DNA of 64,000 bases from Psammoneis japonica. Lineage: Eukaryota. Both the position numbers and the translations under genes were made by a program. This document shows, piece by piece, positions 57,174 to 64,000 of this stretch. The notes under the pieces are model-generated. The model worked only from the letters and a program-made list of their open reading frames with translations, did no database searches and had not been told where the DNA came from. The DNA lies in NCBI GenBank assembly GCA_008632985.1, contig QPGO01000116.1, forward strand, positions 62,001 to 126,000, given 5' to 3'. Position 1 is the first letter of the stretch, and every line of letters begins with the position of its first letter.

Positions 57174-59186
57174 CTATTCGGACAATGAAAGTTTGACACG
57201 AAGAATCCCGCATGTTTCGTTTTTTCGGATATTGGGATTCTGAAGCGTCAAACAAAGAGAATGTTGCCTCTGATCGAGAAGCATTTCGAGAGGGACCTCG
57301 CAAGTTCCAATGAATTCATCGTCTGATCTCCAAATTACAGCCTTGAGGTAGCACAAAGAAAACCCGAGAACAAGCAAAGCACCCGAGGCTAGAATCAAGA
57401 AGTCCCTCACGTTTCCGGTGCCTAAACCGTCGCTCGAGACAAATCTGTCAAGTTCACCTGTCACATGGGCAATAAGCACCACACAAATCAAACTGTAATA
57501 CAACAGCTTGAACACTTCATATCCAATGCCCCAGGCCCCAACGTCAGCATCCCATGCCTCGACACTCAGCACGGCATGTCTGCTTTCGTCATTTCGATAG
57601 TTCCCGTCAGAGTCCATCCTTCCGCCTTTCATTTGGATTTCCAATTTCTCGTTCCAGACCGGTTCGAGCGACATGTAGGCAATTTTCGACCGCACTTCCT
57701 CCATGTCGTAATTTGGGGTTTGTTGTTCCTTCCTGTCAAGAAAACCAATTGGTAAAACACGAAACTTCACGTAACAATCTGCTTGCCCATTTCTATCCAT
57801 CACGGGCAGCTTCCCAACACCAGGCGTGGTTCCAATTAGATGGATATGCAAAAACCGAGGTTGAAAAGACAGCAACGCTGCCGCACGTTCCAAGAGCATG
57901 GCAACAATATCAGCAGATACCTTTTTATTCTCCATTTCTTGTAAGCCTTCGGCACTTAACAACCACCTTGAAAGATCGAAAAGCTTTTCTGTCGTATCTT
58001 GCTTCACTGCGCCTCCGTTCAGAGACGTATCAGTGTAGTCGTATTCCCATGGTGTAAGCGTCGACTCTTCTTCTTCTTCTTCTTCGAGGAGCATCGCTTG
58101 TTGAAGTTGTCCAATGACTCTCAATGATGCCTGGTTCATCAGAATAGAATTTCGTTGAGCTGGATTTCGCTTGACGTTCCCTTCCAGAATGGCCAGCTGG
58201 TCGGTGACAAACTGTCCACCTATATCAATCAGGATATCCAGCTGTCTCTGAGCAGCTTCGTGACTGCCATGGTCCATGATCACGGCAAAATAGGACGACC
58301 AACGAGACAAGACCTTTCTTACTTTCCGATAACAATAGTTGGCACCGTCAAAGAACATCAACCATAGAATCAAGATAAGCTTGACTTCGTAGTAGAAGGG
58401 AAACTTTGACAGCAATACTCGTGCGAATACTCCTTCTAGGAACATGGAACCAACCGCAATAATCCAAAATGTCAACCATTGTCGGTCGTCAGCCCCGCCT
58501 GTTGTCTCGATCGCGACGATGGACTGATATCCACCGTAGAAGATTGTGAGGAGACCACCGACGATATGAGCCACTTTTCCGGTACCCGATGCCGCCGCAA
58601 TACAAAAGGGACCAGCCCCGGGTTCTCCGCAATTCTTTTGCGACAAAAGACCGGCCGCCAAAGCCGCTGTGTGCGTCGCTGCTGCTCGCTGCATGCCCAC
58701 CCATCGACCGATCCCTGGACGAAGTTCGCACGTGTACGATAATCTTTGTCGTCGCCGGCGACAATACTTTCTTGGTTCGCAAGACCAGAGAGGCCCTTTC
58801 TCGCATTCCATATCGGTCAACGCCGGGGCGTCCATTCCTCGACTGCTCCCATCGTAATCTTCGTCCGTACAGTATCCCGCTGCCACGCACGGGAACTTGG
58901 TAGAAGTGGCCGACACGTCCTGTAGGTGTTCGCACATGTGCATACATTTTGGAATTCGTAAGCACAGCCAGGAACACGGCACCGCCTGCAACCCCTCGCT
59001 TCCCCTCATCAACCCCGCCACCACGTCGTCACAGAGATCGCACATGTTCTCGGCCGTTTCGTCCCGACGAAAGACCGGTATGGACGCTCCCACCAAACGA
59101 GTCAGTTTCATCACGGAAGACAAGTCGTCGAGCACGTTGAGACCGGCCCAAACGACCACGATGGGTTTCAGCAGGAACATCACCAT
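57174..59186 (-). CDS. Cys-rich (saposin-like) + TB2/DP1/HVA22 + C2-domain membrane protein
   Basis: CDLCDDVV...PCVAAGYC; DDRQWLTFW and FPFYYEVKLILILWL (HVA22); LPVMDRNGQADCYVKF, PVWNE, AWDAD, DEFIG (C2). Confidence 0.85.
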   Translation of the reverse strand: MVMFLLKPIVVVWAGLNVLDDLSSVMKLTRLVGASIPVFRRDETAENMCDLCDDVVAGLMRGSEGLQAVPCSWLCLRIPKCMHMCEHLQDVSATSTKFPCVAAGYCTDEDYDGSSRGMDAPALTDMECEKGPLWSCEPRKYCRRRRQRLSYTCELRPGIGRWVGMQRAAATHTAALAAGLLSQKNCGEPGAGPFCIAAASGTGKVAHIVGGLLTIFYGGYQSIVAIETTGGADDRQWLTFWIIAVGSMFLEGVFARVLLSKFPFYYEVKLILILWLMFFDGANYCYRKVRKVLSRWSSYFAVIMDHGSHEAAQRQLDILIDIGGQFVTDQLAILEGNVKRNPAQRNSILMNQASLRVIGQLQQAMLLEEEEEEESTLTPWEYDYTDTSLNGGAVKQDTTEKLFDLSRWLLSAEGLQEMENKKVSADIVAMLLERAAALLSFQPRFLHIHLIGTTPGVGKLPVMDRNGQADCYVKFRVLPIGFLDRKEQQTPNYDMEEVRSKIAYMSLEPVWNEKLEIQMKGGRMDSDGNYRNDESRHAVLSVEAWDADVGAWGIGYEVFKLLYYSLICVVLIAHVTGELDRFVSSDGLGTGNVRDFLILASGALLVLGFSLCYLKAVIWRSDDEFIGTCEVPLEMLLDQRQHSLCLTLQNPNIRKNETCGILRVKLSLSE

Positions 59187-60099
59187 GATGAGTTGCAACG
59201 TCGTACGGGTCTACTGGAAGAGGGGAGAGTGATGTGATGGACACCAACAGTTGACTATGATAGAGCATTCGGCTCGAGACAGAGAAATGAGCTCTTTTCA
59301 CACATGCGAGCTTCGACAACAAACAAAGAGAGGTGCACGCACCACACTTGCAATCATGTTTCTACGTGAAATGGTGCAAAACGATGTTGGTGTGGATTTT
59401 GTACGTGCAATGGTGCAAATGAGACGTTTCTTATCTTGCCAGCTCTGAATCCGAAGTGCATGGCCGGCCATGGCGTGGGAAGCAGCAGGGGCGTATGGTA
59501 CATACGAAGTACGATGTGCACGCACTCACGACTCAATCTTGAAGCACAGTAGCCTTCGATGGATGAATCGGTCTTGTGAACAAAAAATTCAAAATAGTAA
59601 TAAAATGTCTGTCGTCGTATAATTTGATTCTAACTTTCTCCAAAAAACTGACCCACTATCAAACTTTAGAATATTCCTTCTTTAATATGAATCGTAAAGG
59701 ATATTTAAATATATATTTTTTTCTGCCAACTTCATCCGTAAATAAATTATATATAAAACATACGAAGCTTTAGTATTTAGTCGTTTAAGCGAGTTATGCC
59801 TTCTTCAGAACTTAATGCGCCAAAGAGAAATCTAGCTCGCCGAACTCACTTCTCTCCCGTCAAATCGGTCTCTCTCGCGATGGCTTCATTCACGAACCAC
59901 ACTGTTGACGCTAAACACCATGCAACATACCACACCGTCATAGGTGCTCTCCATCGCCAAAGTCCACCGTCACTTACCCTTTGTATAACACTACTATTGC
60001 ACTCTCACAGCAAGGGCAGCACAGATTGTCGATCCCGTTTGAAGGCGTTGAGTACCGAGGCAAGAACCTGCACAAAACTCCCTCCAACAAAGACCGAAA

Positions 60100-61716
60100 A
60101 TGATGAATACGCCAAAGTCTCCAGATCATCCTACTAGCAGCAAGTCTGTTGCAGTCACACCTGATGGGCCGGGGAAAGCATCTAATGAGATTGTTGAACC
60201 CAACGACAATGATGTCTTGTGCGGCAGGGGCGGCTCTGTAAATTCTCACCCGGGCAATGAGTTCTTCCGTATTCTCGTTGAACAACGCAAGCGTGTGTAC
60301 TTGACGGCTCGGTTCAAGCGAGAAAAGCGACTGATTGCCGAGGGGATTGTTAATGAAATCCGAGCGCTGAATCCTCCAGGTAGATTCTTGGCCAAGGAAA
60401 GCAAATCAAGCAACTGGCATGCTATTGACTTTGAAAAGGCACGAGACAAAACTTCGCAAGCGTTGCGCGAGAATGCACCGAAAATACGTGCAAAGATCGA
60501 GACGGAAATCAACAGACAACGAGCAGAGATGCAAAGAGCAGAAGAAGAGGAAGCTGCCAGAGCTGCGCATTATCACCAGCAACAATCCTGGGGCGGATAC
60601 TTCAGCTCATATTATTACGGTGCTCCACCCGGTCCCTCACCCACTCATCAACAAGGCTATGATCACCAAGGTGCATACGAAGGAGGATGGAACCATGCAG
60701 CATCCCCACAGCACTACGAGCAGCAACATCAAGGCCAAAATAGTGCTTTCGACAGCTGGACGGCTTGGACAAAGAACTTCAGCTCCGGTGGGAGTCCTCC
60801 ACAAGAAGGAGGAGGAGAGGGCTCGGATCATCACCGGACACAACCACAAACACCACAGTCATCATACCAGCCTCAGTACCCTGAACCAAGCACTCCGCCC
60901 CGGTACTACGACGAGAGTAATGGCCACCAAAACGGTTACAACGGACAAGCAATGCCGTTTTCTCCAGTTGTCACGAGTGGTGGCAAGGCTCGCAGTGATG
61001 AGGAAATGATGGATACGGATAACACAGTCGAACCACACTCGGAAGGAATGGACTTGGACGGAGAACGTCATGACTCTTCTCTACTCACGCAGGTGGCAAA
61101 CCACATTCTCACCTCTTGGGACACATCCGCCATTTGTGCCCAAGGCAGTACAGAACTGGATGACACTTCTTGGTGGGGCAAGTCGCCATCGGCTACGGAC
61201 CAAAACAAGGCTGATCAGGTCAAGAGTCAAGACACGAACAAGCCCACTCCGCAGTACGGCGGAGATGAAGAGGTTCAAGTCATGGACGTGGCAGAAGTCG
61301 AGACCGTTTCAGACGAAGAGACGCGCATGCCTCCACCTCAAGACAAGGAAATGGGTTGGCCCGCTCCAGTATCGTGCCAGTGGATACCGGAATCATTTAG
61401 CTCCTCTGGCTTCTTTGGTCCCAAGGGAAGTTTCGATTCGCCCATGTCTCCGGTTGGTAGTGGGAACATGGGGAGTGGTGAAGGAACAACGTCAAATCAA
61501 CACCAAGAAGGATATCCGTGTGGTGGAGGCGACTCGCTCTGCAATGGTTTTCGACACGATACTCTTCCTGTCGAGCCCGCCAAACACACGACGGCCATGG
61601 ATGATTCGTCCGAGTTCAATGTTTCCATGGACCACAAGGTGCTGAGTACAATTCCGTCGTGGGAGAATGGACTAGGGAGCCAGGAGTCTAATCCCGTTGC
61701 AGATTGCGAAACCTGA
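60100..61716 (+). CDS. DUF6824-domain protein with a long disordered tail
   Basis: NDVLCGRGG..NSHPGN..FR...PPGRFL...W...KTSQALRE, a diatom-expanded domain. Confidence 0.9.
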   Translation: MMNTPKSPDHPTSSKSVAVTPDGPGKASNEIVEPNDNDVLCGRGGSVNSHPGNEFFRILVEQRKRVYLTARFKREKRLIAEGIVNEIRALNPPGRFLAKESKSSNWHAIDFEKARDKTSQALRENAPKIRAKIETEINRQRAEMQRAEEEEAARAAHYHQQQSWGGYFSSYYYGAPPGPSPTHQQGYDHQGAYEGGWNHAASPQHYEQQHQGQNSAFDSWTAWTKNFSSGGSPPQEGGGEGSDHHRTQPQTPQSSYQPQYPEPSTPPRYYDESNGHQNGYNGQAMPFSPVVTSGGKARSDEEMMDTDNTVEPHSEGMDLDGERHDSSLLTQVANHILTSWDTSAICAQGSTELDDTSWWGKSPSATDQNKADQVKSQDTNKPTPQYGGDEEVQVMDVAEVETVSDEETRMPPPQDKEMGWPAPVSCQWIPESFSSSGFFGPKGSFDSPMSPVGSGNMGSGEGTTSNQHQEGYPCGGGDSLCNGFRHDTLPVEPAKHTTAMDDSSEFNVSMDHKVLSTIPSWENGLGSQESNPVADCET

Positions 61717-61804
61717 GGAAAAGCACATATTACGTCTGCTACTCATAAAATTAGAAAAGAATTTTAAATACCATTCTCATTGTGAATCTAGCGGCTATTC
61801 TTTC

Positions 61805-63748
61805 TTAACTGCATACCGCCATGCCCATAATCTTGAACGTGCTGTTGACGGTACCACCAACCAGTTCCATGACGAGTCGCAAATCGCTTCCCACCTCTCT
61901 TGCATCAATGTCAATGGTGTGAGAATAGGATTCACTCGTGTTCTTGTCATGAAAGCCTTCCAATTCAAACTCTAACCCTAAATCAGACCACGTTTCCTCG
62001 CCGTCGTTTCGTGCCAGAGCTTGCATTCGTACAACACTCTGGGACCACCGTTCTCCATAACTCTTCATAACCATCCAAGTGACTGTTCTTACGGGCCGAG
62101 TAATATTATTGAATTCCAGTGTAAAAGACGAATGCAATCCGCCCGTCGGCACGAAACCGATCTTCCTGTAATCCAGCACGGGTTTCCACCCATTGTTTTG
62201 TACCAAAAACGGCTCCAACGTCTCGTTCAATTGCTGTTCCGTCGTGACGGAGAGGTGGGATGCCCAAGCTGCGATACAACGACGCTGTCCTGGCATGCAA
62301 GTCTCGTTCTTGACAGGAACGGATCTCCACTTGTGAGAAACTTCATCTAACGTGAGTCCGTCGGAAAGCATCGGAGGAAGACCACGTGGAATGGGGTTTG
62401 GTTTTACGAGATTGTACTCTTGTCCCCCCTTGAGTGGCGGCAGGCTCTCCAACGGCTCCACCAATTTGGTCTTGGCGTACTCAGAGCTGCAATAATGTGT
62501 TACGAGATTCATGGCATTGAATGCCAAAACCCACGATGCCGCAATGTGCGCTCCAATCGTCGGATGTACCTCTGTTTCCATATTGCCACCATTTCTATTG
62601 TTGTACCACCTCGCTGGTGAAAACCAACTCTCGTGTGTATCGCCATAGACAAAGTCTCGCACCACGTTGGGATACGAAACCGACATTATTCCATAATAGT
62701 TGGCAAGCGTCGAGACGGACTGCGACACAATGTTGGTGTCAAGAATGTCGCGTTGCTGGTTTCCAAGGTAGTCGTCAAAATGAATCAAGAGCGGCAAGTC
62801 GTCGTCTTGACATGGAGTTGTCAATACGGTTCTTATAAATCTTTCCGTAAGGCTCGTGACAGCGCCTCGCAGTGTCTGATTTTGATGTTCTGCCGCTTGC
62901 ATTGTATACAAGTGCATATCGTTGGTAGCGTAGCCGTGAATGACAACGTCAGGAGGTTGGTCGGTAGGCAACAATTCATACTCCAACAGCGTAATTCCGG
63001 ATTCGGTATTGGTGCCTCCAATGGCAGCATCCACCAATTCAAACACCTCACCACCCAGAATAGAATTCAAAAAGGAAAAAGTCCGCTGGGGCCAAGCGCA
63101 TTGTCTTCGCGACATTTGTCCGGGAAACTCGCGGTACCGACACTGATCTCCCACCGCAACCGACCCGCCCATGACCAACACTTGTACCTTGGGCGGTTCG
63201 TCTTGCGCCTCCTGAGTAGTATCCGATTGTAGATACTTGTACCTCGTAAAAGCTTTTCTGAGAACGCGCTCGACTACTTCCAAGTCATGAGGTAGATTCC
63301 TGACGCTACGCTGTAGTCGTTCTGGAGTAATGACGTGCAACATTTCCAGTGTCAAGTCGTGAAAGAAATAGCGCGGATCCATGAAATGTCTAGAGTGATT
63401 GAATATAGTAGGCAAACGTCGTCTCCACACATCCATGCTTGCGGGTATTAGCTGATGGGGAAACAGAGCAGAACAAATCTCGTTGTCGTCGTTGTTTGTT
63501 GAAACTGTTTCTTGACCTGTGTCTCCTGTGGTCGCGTTCAATCTCTGAATCAGTTCTTTATTTGCCGCCAAGGCTTCCGCTGTCTTGTTCTTTTCGTTCT
63601 GTAATTGGAGCTTCAATATCTGAAGCGCGTCCTCCGCCGCCTCAAAGGCTGCTGGTTCCAACACCATGACGCGGAGATAACGCCAATTGAGTAGCATCCA
63701 CGAGGCAACCGCAAACGACCCAACTGTCAACAGTATACTGCGACTCAT
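61805..63748 (-). CDS. Type II membrane SGNH-hydrolase-like protein
   Basis: N-terminal TM anchor, coiled coil, blocks VMGGSV, AIGGT, YATND, EVHPTIGAH. Confidence 0.8.
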   Translation of the reverse strand: MSRSILLTVGSFAVASWMLLNWRYLRVMVLEPAAFEAAEDALQILKLQLQNEKNKTAEALAANKELIQRLNATTGDTGQETVSTNNDDNEICSALFPHQLIPASMDVWRRRLPTIFNHSRHFMDPRYFFHDLTLEMLHVITPERLQRSVRNLPHDLEVVERVLRKAFTRYKYLQSDTTQEAQDEPPKVQVLVMGGSVAVGDQCRYREFPGQMSRRQCAWPQRTFSFLNSILGGEVFELVDAAIGGTNTESGITLLEYELLPTDQPPDVVIHGYATNDMHLYTMQAAEHQNQTLRGAVTSLTERFIRTVLTTPCQDDDLPLLIHFDDYLGNQQRDILDTNIVSQSVSTLANYYGIMSVSYPNVVRDFVYGDTHESWFSPARWYNNRNGGNMETEVHPTIGAHIAASWVLAFNAMNLVTHYCSSEYAKTKLVEPLESLPPLKGGQEYNLVKPNPIPRGLPPMLSDGLTLDEVSHKWRSVPVKNETCMPGQRRCIAAWASHLSVTTEQQLNETLEPFLVQNNGWKPVLDYRKIGFVPTGGLHSSFTLEFNNITRPVRTVTWMVMKSYGERWSQSVVRMQALARNDGEETWSDLGLEFELEGFHDKNTSESYSHTIDIDAREVGSDLRLVMELVGGTVNSTFKIMGMAVCS

Positions 63749-64000
63749 GATGTTTAAGAAAGTAACAACCTAAGGTACACTACAAGAGAATGCAAACACA
63801 CAACGCACAACACTGTTCATGTTGCATGTTGTGAGTTGTGAAGTTGAATAATGTGCGCTGCTGTCTGGATGAATCTAGGCCCTAAATCGAGGCAGGCCGC
63901 CGCGCGCCCGAAATTTCAAAATGAGCTCAGTGCGCACTTCATGCGCGTCTTTGGAATGATTGACTCGACTAACTCATCACGATGATGGCGATGGCGGCAG

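Noticed and set aside
59576..59795. Centromere
   Set aside because: Too short and within a compact divergent intergenic region; no supporting evidence

Overview
Eukaryotic nuclear DNA, most likely from a diatom: short GT-AG introns, signal-plus-transit-type N-termini, a nuclear sigma-70 factor, a DUF6824 protein and a CoDi-like copia relic. About 36 kb is ordinary gene-dense sequence with about 14 genes: cyclophilin, membrin SNARE, CBS-PP2C, PPR, a duplicated-domain membrane protein, TyrP-like permease, sigma factor, NOC1/CEBPZ, PRP16, HVA22+C2, DUF6824, an SGNH-like protein and two hypotheticals. About 28 kb lies in three sharply bounded domains (~12.0-22.6, ~30.7-33.5 and ~42.1-56.5 kb) where TpA is almost absent and CpG is variably depleted. 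Transposon relics and duplicated segments there show TpA->TpG/CpA changes (A:T->G:C on both strands; Tyr->Cys/His, Leu->Pro). These are partly uncoupled from CpG decay, and the TpAs that survive sit mostly in YTAR context. This looks like a domain-restricted adenine hypermutation process running opposite to fungal RIP, and is the main candidate for an undescribed system. Also present: a 318-bp TA-flanked MITE nested in a copy of itself, a 183-bp dimeric tandem repeat at a domain edge, and CTAG-rich patches. Single-base frameshifts in otherwise intact genes suggest residual assembly errors, so read-level validation is needed. Counts are by eye and family consensus motifs are recalled, not searched.
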